From NCBI GenBank assembly GCA_035574255.1, contig DATLYZ010000031.1, positions 142,197 through 206,196 on the forward strand: a stretch of DNA of 64,000 nucleotides, in the 5' to 3' direction. The notes beneath the pieces are model-generated. The model was not told the origin of the DNA. It did not search any database and worked only from the letters and a program-made list of their open reading frames with translations. The translations under genes were made by a program, and so were the position numbers. Origin of the DNA: Gemmatimonadales bacterium (GTDB lineage Bacteria; Gemmatimonadota; Gemmatimonadetes; Gemmatimonadales; GWC2-71-9). Shown piece by piece: positions 44,892-53,442 of this stretch. Positions within the stretch are counted from its first letter, which is position 1; every line of letters begins with the position of its first letter.

Positions 44892-46160
44892 TCAGAGAGC
44901 CCGTTCGATCGCGTCCAGCACCTGGGCCACGCCGGGCAGCGCCGAATCGCGAAGCGAGCGGAGCGGGAGGGCCACCACCCGGTCGGTGCGGAACAGATGC
45001 CCGGCGTGATCCACGCCCGGCGTCCCGACCGGGATGACGACGGCGGGCTCCTCGGCGAAGCGCATGCCCGGCCTCCCCAGCACGATGGCCGGGACCGGGG
45101 CGGCGGGCGGCCCACGCCGCTCGTCGAAGCTCGAGATCCAGACCAGCACATCCGCCTCGCCGCTCGCGAGCAGCCGCTCGGCGGCGAAACACCAGGGGTC
45201 GTACTCCGGATACCCGCGGGCGTACGAGGTCCGCGCCGCGAAACCGGTCTGCCAGAGGTGGACCGCATCCACCGTCACGTCGCCGTCACTGCCGCCCAGC
45301 GGCAGCCCCGCGAAGCGCGTCGTGCGATTCAGGTCCTTGACGAGCTCGCTCAACGCCTGGACGGCCAGATCGGCGTGCGGGAAGTCGAGATCCGCCGCCG
45401 CCCACGCCACGACCCCGTACCGCGCTCGGCGCAGGCGCTGCGCCAGCTCCCGCCAGGTGGCGAGCGGCACCCCCGCCACCGAGCCGACCTCGAGCCGCCG
45501 GCCCGCGACCAGGGCGCGCAAGACCCCCAGCGCCTCGGGCAGCCGGCGCACCTCGCACGGAATCGCGCGGGGGACCAGGCCCGAGACCGCCCCCGCCCCC
45601 TCCGGCGGAGCCGGGCCCAGGAAGACCACCTCCACCGGCTCGGCCGCTTCGAACATTCGCTCCCGCACCAGGCACCGCTCGAGGAACCGCGGAAAACGCC
45701 GGGTCACGTCGCCGATCACGATGAGCAGATCGACCCGGTTGCGGATCTCGGAGAGCGTGGTGGTGATCCACCCGCGATCCTGGAGCGCCAGGGTGTTCCG
45801 AATGGCGGCGGCGGCGTTCATGTGATCCAAGACCCCACCCAGCCGCTCCGCCAGGCGGGCAGCGGCGCGGGCGCCGGCGACATCAGTGCCGAGGCCGGCG
45901 AAGAGCGGCTGGCGTGCCTGGCGCAAGAGCACGGCCGCCTCCTGGACGGCCTGCTCCAGGCTCGCCGCCCGACCCCTGACCCGGGGCTGCTCGAGCTCGG
46001 TTCCGGCCTGATGAGCGAAGGCGGCGGTGCTGATCGAACAACCGTTCGCCTGCACCGCGAGCCGGCCATTCGCCGGGCTCACGACCAGGTCGTCGCAGAG
46101 CAGGCCGCAGAACGGACAGGTGACGTCGCGGGCTTCGGCCGCGAGTGGAGGTGGAGCCAT
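44892..46160 (-). CDS. fhcB: Formyltransferase/hydrolase complex subunit B (FwdB homologue lacking the Cys-His ligand motif)
   Basis: CPFCGLLCDD is retained. Where copy 1 has TTCEAQ and SVCHGPS, this copy reads DVAGAR and AAAAIRN. Confidence 0.85.
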   Translation of the reverse strand: MAPPPLAAEARDVTCPFCGLLCDDLVVSPANGRLAVQANGCSISTAAFAHQAGTELEQPRVRGRAASLEQAVQEAAVLLRQARQPLFAGLGTDVAGARAAARLAERLGGVLDHMNAAAAIRNTLALQDRGWITTTLSEIRNRVDLLIVIGDVTRRFPRFLERCLVRERMFEAAEPVEVVFLGPAPPEGAGAVSGLVPRAIPCEVRRLPEALGVLRALVAGRRLEVGSVAGVPLATWRELAQRLRRARYGVVAWAAADLDFPHADLAVQALSELVKDLNRTTRFAGLPLGGSDGDVTVDAVHLWQTGFAARTSYARGYPEYDPWCFAAERLLASGEADVLVWISSFDERRGPPAAPVPAIVLGRPGMRFAEEPAVVIPVGTPGVDHAGHLFRTDRVVALPLRSLRDSALPGVAQVLDAIERAL

Positions 46161-46290
46161 GAACGCCTGGAAGCAGGACGTAGTAAGATGTACGGATCGT
46201 TCCGCAGTGCAATGGCGCTGTGCGGCGTTGCCCCGATGTCGCTCGCCGCGCGGGCACTCGGCGTCGTACGACGCGCCGGCGGTTGTGCAT

Positions 46291-47070
46291 CACCCCGGCG
46301 AAAGCCGGGGGCCAGGCGGCGCAACGGACCCCCGGGCGCGCGGGCCTGGATTCCCGCGTGCGCGGGAATGACGAGGGGTGGGTGTGTCACCTCGGCGAAA
46401 GCCGGGGTCCAGTCGGCCCACGGGTCCTACTTGTCACCCCGGCGAAAGCCGGGGTCCAGACGGCGCAACGGACCCCCGGGCGCGCGGGCCTGGATCCCCG
46501 CGTGCGCGGGAATGACGAGGGGTGGGTGTGTCACCCCGGCGAAAGCCGGGGTCAAGTCGGCCCACGGGTCCTACTCGTCACCCCGGCGAAAGCCGGGGTC
46601 CAGACGGCGCAACGGACCCCCGGGCACGCGGGCCTGGATTCCCGCGTGCGCGGGAATGACGAGGGGTGGGTGTGTCACCCCGGCGAAAGCCGGGGTCCAG
46701 ACGCCCCACGGGTCCTCCTCGTCACCCCGGCGAAAGCCGGGGTCCAGACGGCGCAACGGACCCCCGGGCGTGCGGGCCTGGATTCCCGCGTGCGCGGGAA
46801 TGACGAGGAGCGCGCGTCGCCTGGCGAAAGCCGGGGTCCAGTCGGCGCAACGGACCCCCGGGCGCGCGGGCCTGGATCCCCGCGTGCGCGGGAATGACGA
46901 GGGGCGCGCGTCGCCTGGTGGAAGCCGGGGTCCAGACGCCCCACGGGTCCTCCTCGTCACCCCGGCGAAAGCCAGGGTCCAGGCGGCGCAACGGACCCCC
47001 GGGCACGCGGGCCTGGATCCCCGCGTGCGCGGGAATGACGAGGGGCGGGTGTGTCACCCCGGGTGAACGG
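46291..47070. repeat. Mosaic tandem array of REP-like hairpin elements (97-nt unit A, 47-nt unit B)
   Basis: 10-11 copies of (T)CACCCCGGCGAAAGCCGGGGTCCAG (7-bp stem, GAAA loop). Unit A adds ..GGCGCAACGGACCCCCGGGCGCGCGGGCCTGGATTCCCGCGTGCGCGGGAATGACGAGG... Order is A B A B A B A A B' A, with an exact 144-nt A+B period from 46434 to 46721. Confidence 0.9.
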
Positions 47071-47118
47071 CGTGGACAGCGCCCCGTGACCTGGTATGTT
47101 CCCCGCGGAGGCAGGCCC

Positions 47119-48237
47119 GTGTCCAGACCATATCTCATCGCCGCCATTACCGGCCGGGCCCTCGCGCAGTCGGCCGCCCGCCGTGGGCACTCCACCGTGG
47201 TGCTGGATTGCTTCGCCGATCGCGACACGCGCGCCGCCGCGACCCAGGCGCGTGCCGTGGTCGGGATGCGAAGCGTGCGGCTCGACGCGCGCGCGCTGCT
47301 GGCCGCTGCCGCGGCCCTGGCGCCGCCCGGCGGGTACGCGGGGGTGGTCTATGGAGCGGGGTTCGAGGGCCGGCCCGACCTCCTTGCCCGCCTCGCTCGG
47401 GGCGGAAGACTGTGCGGCAACGCCCCGGAAACCGTCTCCCAGGTCCGCGACCCGGCCCGCTTCTTCCCGTTGCTCCGGAAGCTCGGGATCCGCCATCCGG
47501 AGGTGCGATTCGCCCCCCCGGCTCGGCCTTCGGGTTGGCTGGTGAAGGACCCGGGGGGCGCCGGCGGTGCCCAAGTCAGGCACGCCCGGCGGGGGCGGGC
47601 CAGGGCGGGATGCTATTACCAGCGGTTCGAGCCCGCCGAAACCCTCTCGGCCATTTTCCTGGCGAATGGCGAGCGGGCCCGGGTACTGGGCTTCAACCGC
47701 CAGTGGAGCACCCCGGCTCGTCCTGGGCGGCCCTTTCTGTACGGCGGTGCGGTGAGCGGGGTAGCGCTTCCCCCCGCGATGGAGGCCGATCTCTCGGCGC
47801 GTCTCGACACCTTGGTGGCTGCGACAGGGCTCGTCGGACTCAATGGTCTGGATTTCCTGCGCCGGGGCGACGAGTGGCTGGCGCTCGAGGTGAACCCCCG
47901 TCCCACGGCCACGATGGACCTGTACGACGCCGACTACGGCGAGGGGCTCTTCACGCTGCATCTCCAGGCGTGCGAGGGGGCCCTGCCGGAGGCTCTGGCC
48001 CCGCGGGCGGCGGTTCGGGCCCACGCCGTCTTCTACGCCTCGACGTTTGGTCGGGTGGGCGGGGACGTCGAGTTCCCCGCCTGGTGCCGGGACATTCCCC
48101 ATCCGGGGTTCCGGTTCGCCCCGGGCGTCCCGGTGTGCACCGTTCACGCGGAGGCGGCCGATCACGATGCCGCCTTGGCGCTTCTCCGGCAGCGGCTTGC
48201 GCGGCTGGAGTCGGCGCTCATCGAGAAGGGAGCCTGA
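47119..48237 (+). CDS. ATP-grasp ligase (H4MPT/MFR-biosynthesis-associated type)
   Basis: The GTG at 47119 is the first start after the repeat array (VSRPYLIAAITGRALAQSAARRGH..). C-terminal ATP-grasp blocks ..GLNGLDFL.....(W)LALEVNPRP... Confidence 0.7.
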   Translation: MSRPYLIAAITGRALAQSAARRGHSTVVLDCFADRDTRAAATQARAVVGMRSVRLDARALLAAAAALAPPGGYAGVVYGAGFEGRPDLLARLARGGRLCGNAPETVSQVRDPARFFPLLRKLGIRHPEVRFAPPARPSGWLVKDPGGAGGAQVRHARRGRARAGCYYQRFEPAETLSAIFLANGERARVLGFNRQWSTPARPGRPFLYGGAVSGVALPPAMEADLSARLDTLVAATGLVGLNGLDFLRRGDEWLALEVNPRPTATMDLYDADYGEGLFTLHLQACEGALPEALAPRAAVRAHAVFYASTFGRVGGDVEFPAWCRDIPHPGFRFAPGVPVCTVHAEAADHDAALALLRQRLARLESALIEKGA

Positions 48238-48238
48238 C

Positions 48239-49171
48239 GTGACGCTCCGCGTCGCCATCATGACGGACGATCCAGGCTGGCACGGCCGGCGGCTGCGCCG
48301 AGCCTTTCTCGCCCGCCGGGTCGAGGCCAGCTTCGCGAGCCTGCGCGAGTGCCGTATTGATCTGGGGCACGGGGTGGACGGAGTGGTCGTTCCCGGCTTC
48401 GAGGACCGACTGCCTGACGGTGTCGTGGTGCGCGGGATCATGGCCGGCACCCTGGAGCAGATCACCCTCCGGCTCGACGTGCTCCACGCCCTCCGCCGCC
48501 TCGGCATCCCGGTGTACAACGAGGCCCGGGCCATCGAGCGGACCGTGGACAAGGCGATGACGAGCTTCCTGCTCCAGCGGGCGGGGCTGGCGACACCGCC
48601 CACTTGCGTCACCGAGGCGGCCGCGCAGGCCCGGGCGTTCCTCCTCCGCGAAACGGCACTCGGCCACGACGTGGTGGCCAAGCCCTTGTTCGGCTCGCAA
48701 GGCGTCGGGCTCCGGCGCCTCAGCGCCGGCATGGACATCCCGGACCCGGCGGAATGCGGTGGCGTCTGGTACCTCCAGCGATACATCGAGACCGGGCCGG
48801 GTGGCTCGGGATGGCACGACTGGCGCGTGTTCGTGATCGGCGGCCAGGCGGTGGCCGCGATGGTGCGGCGGGGCCGCACCTGGGTCAACAACGTGGCCCG
48901 GGGCGGGCGCTGTGAGGCTGCCGTGGCGGGCGGCGAGCTCGCCCGGCTCGCCGTCGCGGCCACCGCGGCCGTCGGGGCGGACTATGCCGGGGTGGACCTG
49001 GTCCGGGACCGCGACGGCCGGCTCCAGGTGCTCGAGGTGAACGGCGTACCGGCCTGGAAAGGCCTCCAGAGTGTGACTCGGGCGAACATCGCCCAGCTTC
49101 TGGTGGACGATTTCCTCGTCCGCCGGGTTGCCACCGCCGCGCCGAGCCGGGCCCGGGGGGCCTCCTCATGA
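48239..49171 (+). CDS. mptN: RimK-family alpha-L-glutamate ligase (MptN-like, H4MPT:glutamate ligase)
   Basis: ..VYNEARAIERTVDK.. ..VVAKPLFGSQG.G.. ..YLQRYI.. ..DWRVFVIGG..AAM.R....W..NVA.GG.. ..AGVDL.....G...VLEVN..P.W. Confidence 0.8.
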   Translation: MTLRVAIMTDDPGWHGRRLRRAFLARRVEASFASLRECRIDLGHGVDGVVVPGFEDRLPDGVVVRGIMAGTLEQITLRLDVLHALRRLGIPVYNEARAIERTVDKAMTSFLLQRAGLATPPTCVTEAAAQARAFLLRETALGHDVVAKPLFGSQGVGLRRLSAGMDIPDPAECGGVWYLQRYIETGPGGSGWHDWRVFVIGGQAVAAMVRRGRTWVNNVARGGRCEAAVAGGELARLAVAATAAVGADYAGVDLVRDRDGRLQVLEVNGVPAWKGLQSVTRANIAQLLVDDFLVRRVATAAPSRARGASS

Positions 49172-49287
49172 TGGCCCGACGCCGCCCGGGGGGTCCGGTC
49201 CGGGCCGCCGGCGTGCGGCCCTGTCGCGATCGGACCGCCTGTCAGGCGCCGGCTGCCTGACCCGGTCCTGACGACCCCGGTCTCGCC

Positions 49288-50286
49288 ATGACCCCGACCC
49301 GTCTGCTCGTGTTCGAGTTCGTCTCCGGCGGCGGGCTCGCCCGGGAGCCGCTCCCGCCGGGCCTGGCTCGCGAAGGCGATCTCATGCTCCGGGCCCTCCT
49401 AGGCGACCTGGCGGAACTGCCCGGCCTGGCGGTCGTCACCACCCGGGACCCCCGGCTGCCGCCCCCGGTCGGGGCTCAGGTTCTCACGGCGGCGCCGGGC
49501 GAAGACATCCACGCGCTCTACCGGCGCGCCCTGGCCCGGGCCGGCGCGGCCTGGCCCATCGCCCCGGAGACCGGCGGTGTGCTCGAGGAGTTGAGCCGGA
49601 TCACGCTGGAGGAGGGGAAAGTGCTGATCGGCTGCCGGCCCGAGGCGGTTCGCCTCGCCGGGAGCAAGCTGGCCACCGTTCGCGCGCTCGAGGCGGCCGG
49701 GGTCCCCGTCGTCCCGACCTTCGGCGTTGCCTCCGAGGTCCCCGCCTGGCCGGGGGCCTGGGTTGTCAAGCCGGACGACGGGGCGGGCGGCTGCGACGCG
49801 GTGGTCGTGGACGGCTGGCGGGTCGCCCGGGAGCGACTCGAGGCCGGGGGGAGCCGGCTCGTCGCCCAGCCCTGGATTCCAGGGGAGGCGCTGAGCCTTT
49901 CCCTGATCTGTCGCGGCGGCCAGGCGCGTCTCCTCGCCTGCAACCGGCAGCGGGTCCGGGTCGAAGAAGGGCGGCCGGTTCTGTCCGGCATCAGCGTGAA
50001 CGCCGTGCCTGACAGCGACGGACGGTATGCCCGGCTGGCCCAGCATATCGCGGCGGCGATCCCCGGCCTGTCAGGCTACGTGGGCGTGGATCTGATCCGA
50101 ACCGGCCAGGGACTCGCCGTGCTGGAGGTCAACCCGCGGATCACGACCTCCTACTGCGGGCTTCGCCGAGCGCTGGGTGTGAACCCCGCAGCGCTGATCC
50201 TCGGTTTCCCGAGCGACCTGGGGTGGCCCGAGTTCCCGCCCGGCCGGTGCGACGAGATCGTCCTGGAGGACGGCTGTGCCGCCTGA
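49288..50286 (+). CDS. ATP-grasp ligase (MfnD-like candidate)
   Basis: MTPTRLLVFEFVSGGG.. N-terminus and ..GYVGVDLI.....L.VLEVNPR.T.SY.. C-terminal ATP-grasp block. Confidence 0.7.
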   Translation: MTPTRLLVFEFVSGGGLAREPLPPGLAREGDLMLRALLGDLAELPGLAVVTTRDPRLPPPVGAQVLTAAPGEDIHALYRRALARAGAAWPIAPETGGVLEELSRITLEEGKVLIGCRPEAVRLAGSKLATVRALEAAGVPVVPTFGVASEVPAWPGAWVVKPDDGAGGCDAVVVDGWRVARERLEAGGSRLVAQPWIPGEALSLSLICRGGQARLLACNRQRVRVEEGRPVLSGISVNAVPDSDGRYARLAQHIAAAIPGLSGYVGVDLIRTGQGLAVLEVNPRITTSYCGLRRALGVNPAALILGFPSDLGWPEFPPGRCDEIVLEDGCAA

Positions 50287-51319
50287 GCCGGTGGTGGGGT
50301 GGGATGTCGGCGGGGCGCATCTCAAGGCCGCACGCCTCGGCGAGACCGGTGCGATCGAACGGGTGATCCAGCTCCCCTGCCCCCTCTGGCAGGGCATGGA
50401 ACGGCTGGAGGCGGCCCTCGCCGAGGCGCTCGCCGCCCTCGGGCCTGCAGGGCTTCACGCCGTCACCATGACCGGCGAGATGGTGGACCTTTTCGCCGGC
50501 CGGAACGAGGGCGTGGCCGCGATCCTGGGGGCGATGCGGAAGGCGCTGGCCGGCGCCACGCTGCGCGTCTGGGCCGGGCGGGCCGGGCTGGTGAGCGCGG
50601 AGGAGGCCCACCGCCTCACAGCCCAGGTGGCGTCGGCCAACTGGCTGGCGAGCGCCACGCTCGTCGCCCAGCGGCTCGACGCGGCCATCCTGGTGGACAT
50701 CGGGAGCACGACCACCGATCTGGTGCCCGTGGCCGGCGGCGCGGTGCTCGCCCGAAGCGCGACCGACGCCGAGCGGCTCGCGGCGGGGGAACTCGTGTAC
50801 ACCGGTGTCGTGCGGACGCCGGTCATGGCGCTGGCCGATCGCGTGCCGTTCGCCGGCGACTGGGTTCCCCTCATGGCGGAGTTCTTCGCCACCGCGGCGG
50901 ATGTGTATCGGCTCACCGGCCGGCTCCCGGAAGGCGTGGACCTCCATCCCGCGGCCGACGGCGGGCCCAAGACCGTTCCCGCCAGCGCCCGGCGGCTCGC
51001 CCGCATGATCGGCCGCGACGTCGAGTCGGCGCCGGAGGCCGCCTGGGAGCGGCTGGCCCGATGGCTCGCCGAGAGGCAGTTGCGCCGGATCCAGGATGCC
51101 TGCGACCGGATCCTCTCCCGTGAAGACCTGCCCGCCGGGGCCCCGCTGGTGGGCGCCGGGGTGGGGCGCTTCCTCGCGGCTGAGCTCGCCGAGCGCCTCC
51201 GGCGGTCGTATCTCGACTTCGGGCGGCTGCTCGGCGGGCCCGAGGCGGAGCGCGCCCGTGGGGCAGACTGCGCTCCGGCCGTGGCGGTGGCGTGGCTGGC
51301 CGGGCGGGGCGGGGACTGA
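50276..51319 (+). CDS. Hydantoinase/ASKHA-like 'H4MPT-linked C1 transfer pathway protein' (MfnF-like candidate)
   Basis: ..VVGWDVGGAHLKAA.. ..VTMTGEMVDLF.. ..ILVDIGSTTTDL.P.. phosphate-binding motifs. GTG start overlapping the previous gene by 11 nt. Confidence 0.7.
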   Translation: MPPEPVVGWDVGGAHLKAARLGETGAIERVIQLPCPLWQGMERLEAALAEALAALGPAGLHAVTMTGEMVDLFAGRNEGVAAILGAMRKALAGATLRVWAGRAGLVSAEEAHRLTAQVASANWLASATLVAQRLDAAILVDIGSTTTDLVPVAGGAVLARSATDAERLAAGELVYTGVVRTPVMALADRVPFAGDWVPLMAEFFATAADVYRLTGRLPEGVDLHPAADGGPKTVPASARRLARMIGRDVESAPEAAWERLARWLAERQLRRIQDACDRILSREDLPAGAPLVGAGVGRFLAAELAERLRRSYLDFGRLLGGPEAERARGADCAPAVAVAWLAGRGGD

Positions 51320-51368
51320 GACGAGAGGGACCGGGAATTGCGATCGCGATCCCTCGCCCGTGTCCGCC

Positions 51369-52415
51369 TCAGATCACCGGTCCGATCCCGAGCCGCTTCC
51401 TCGCGTCGGCCGGGGAGATCACCACCAGGTGGTCGAGCACCGTGCCGCGTGCCTGACGGAGTCGCATGGTCTCGACCAGGGTTGCATGGCGACCCCCGGC
51501 GAGACCGTCGGCGATCAGGGCCGCACCCTGGGCCCCGGCCTTGGCCACGCCGGCAAAACCGCGCAGATGCCGGACCGGTGCGAGGGAGCCGAGCCCGGGT
51601 TCGAGACGCTCCCGCACGCCAGATTCCTCGATCACCCGGCCGGCCAGCAGAATCTCGCGCGGCGACGGAACGGCCACCAGAAGCTGGCGCACCGCCTTGA
51701 GGGCCCCCTCGACCAGGGCCGCGAGCCCCTCCGCGCGGCGGGATCCCGGCAAGTCCGAGAGGCCGCCGCGAAAGAGCATCCGCTTGGTCACCTGGCCGGC
51801 CAGGAACGCCACCTCGCCGTCCCAGGCGCCGGCCGCACGCCGCCCGATGGGTCCGCTGGTCCCACCCAGCCCGTCCACGATGCGCCCCCGGTCCACCGCG
51901 ATCGCGGCCGAGAACGCGCCGCCCAGCTCCAGCAAGAGGAAGGAGGTGTCCTCGGGTTCCACGCCCAGGCGCTCGGCCTGGTCGGCGATGCCGAGCGCGG
52001 CGGCCGCCACCTTGTCCGCGGTCCCGAGGTCCACCCGGTTCAATTTTCGGTAGTCCGGCACGGTATCGAGGTGGATGACCCCGGGCGTGAACACCACCGG
52101 GAGTCCGGAAGCGCCCAGGACCCGGGCCAGTCGCCGGAGGCCGCCGATCCCCCCTTCCTCCTCGGGCGGGGCGAGGAAGGCGAGCCGGAGATCGGCCTCG
52201 GTGGCCTGGGCGGCGGGCACGAGGGGCAGGCCGTAGCCTGACGGGCCCGCGACGAGATCGGGAGGCCCCGCACTCCGGAGGAGCGCGGCGAAACCCTCCG
52301 GGTCGGCCAGGGCGTCCTCGGTGGGAATCGTGCAGTCGAGCACGGGCGCGCCGTCCCCGAGCCCGCAGACGTCTATGCTGACCGTCCCCGGGTCAACGCC
52401 GATGGCGAGAGGCAT
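51369..52415 (-). CDS. DUF1464-family (butyrate-kinase-like ASKHA) protein
   Basis: MPLAIGVDPGTVSIDVCGL.. actin-like ATPase N-terminal motif. The family is recalled from archaeal and methylotroph C1 clusters. Confidence 0.6.
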   Translation of the reverse strand: MPLAIGVDPGTVSIDVCGLGDGAPVLDCTIPTEDALADPEGFAALLRSAGPPDLVAGPSGYGLPLVPAAQATEADLRLAFLAPPEEEGGIGGLRRLARVLGASGLPVVFTPGVIHLDTVPDYRKLNRVDLGTADKVAAAALGIADQAERLGVEPEDTSFLLLELGGAFSAAIAVDRGRIVDGLGGTSGPIGRRAAGAWDGEVAFLAGQVTKRMLFRGGLSDLPGSRRAEGLAALVEGALKAVRQLLVAVPSPREILLAGRVIEESGVRERLEPGLGSLAPVRHLRGFAGVAKAGAQGAALIADGLAGGRHATLVETMRLRQARGTVLDHLVVISPADARKRLGIGPVI

Positions 52416-52463
52416 GGCGCGAACTCGCTCCGGGGGATGCCGCGCGGCGTGCGGCCCCGCCGG

Positions 52464-53345
52464 CTACTTGGCCGCCGACTGCTTCGCCGCCAGCAGCCGG
52501 CGCGCCACGTCGGCGATGGTCTCGGCGTCGAGCACCAGATCGTTCCGGGTGAAGAGTTCGGCCACGCAGGCCTTGTGCAGCTTGGTCTTGAAGTTGCCCA
52601 CCCCGAAGGCGCCGAACGCGATCGTCCCGTGCCGCTCGACGCCGGCATCGTTCAGCTCGATGCCCTCGATGCCGAGCGGTTCCACCGCGTTCAGGTCCAC
52701 GGCGACCTTGATCCCGCGGTTCGCCCAGGCGTTCCGCGGCACCATGAGGACCCCGGCCGCCCCCGCGTTGAGCAGAATGTCCACCCCCTCCAGCAGGGGG
52801 GCCGCCTCGGCGGGGCCGCCCAGGACGGCGGCCTGGACCTGCACGTGAAACCGCTCGCCGATGCTCCGCCGCGCCTTGTCGCCCTGCTCGGGACGCCGGG
52901 AGGTGATCGTCACCTGCGCGCCGTCCCTCGCGAGCAGGCCGGCCGCGCGCTGCCCCACCGGCCCCGTCCCCCCCACCACGAGCACCCGCTTGCCGGCCAC
53001 GGTGCCCAGCGCCTCCTCGATCTTCACGACCGCCGCGACGGCGGTCGTATTCGAGCCGTTGGAGTCGAGCATCACGGAGACCCGGAACGGTCCGAACATC
53101 GAGTCCAGCGCGATGGCCAGCAGGTGTTCCCCCGCGGACATGTTGCTCCCGCCGATCCAGACGGCCGTGTTGTGCAGGTCCTTGGGCCCCCGGGTGAAAA
53201 TGCAGCCATGGATGAGGTCGCGGACGTCGCCCTCGACCACCCCGCCGTAGCTCAGGATGTTGTCCACCCCCGCATCATAGGCCACCACCTGGTCGAACAC
53301 GCTGGGAAGCCGGGAACTGTCCAGCTGGAGGAGAAGCTTGCGCAT
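52464..53345 (-). CDS. mtdB: NAD(P)-dependent methylene-H4MPT dehydrogenase
   Basis: MRKLLLQLD....SVFD.V.AYDAG.D....Y.GV...D...L..G.IFTRG.. and Rossmann VVGGTGPVG. Confidence 0.88.
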   Translation of the reverse strand: MRKLLLQLDSSRLPSVFDQVVAYDAGVDNILSYGGVVEGDVRDLIHGCIFTRGPKDLHNTAVWIGGSNMSAGEHLLAIALDSMFGPFRVSVMLDSNGSNTTAVAAVVKIEEALGTVAGKRVLVVGGTGPVGQRAAGLLARDGAQVTITSRRPEQGDKARRSIGERFHVQVQAAVLGGPAEAAPLLEGVDILLNAGAAGVLMVPRNAWANRGIKVAVDLNAVEPLGIEGIELNDAGVERHGTIAFGAFGVGNFKTKLHKACVAELFTRNDLVLDAETIADVARRLLAAKQSAAK

Positions 53346-53390
53346 CGGAGATTTGTCCGGTCGGGAAAGAGGTTCGGTGTAACCCAACGA

Positions 53391-53421
53391 GAGAGGGGCG
53401 GGGGGAGGCCCCGCCCCTCTC
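53391..53421 (-). terminator. Perfect 13-bp GC hairpin between fae and mtdB (attenuator or stabiliser)
   Basis: GAGAGGGGCGGGG-GGAGG-CCCCGCCCCTCTC, 22 nt after the fae stop. It is followed on the transcript by ..UCGUUGGGUU.. (weak U-tract). Confidence 0.5.
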
Positions 53422-53442
53422 GACTACCGGCACCCGGGTCGC

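Noticed and set aside
44997-47066. 689-aa plus-strand ORF and several 80-225-aa ORFs crossing the repeat array (peptides such as PAKAGVQ, WIPACAGMTRG, LDPRVRGNDE)
   Set aside because: These are translations of the hairpin repeats in several frames and on both strands. The 5' part of the long ORF is antisense to fhcB2. The periodic identical peptides reflect DNA repeats, not protein domains.
46291-47070. Possible CRISPR array (regularly spaced palindromic repeats)
   Set aside because: The sequences between the hairpin repeats are themselves repeated (units A and B alternate), so there are no unique spacers. The repeat spacing is bimodal (97 and 47 nt), and no cas genes or leader are nearby. 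The array is better described as a REP/BIME-like mosaic.
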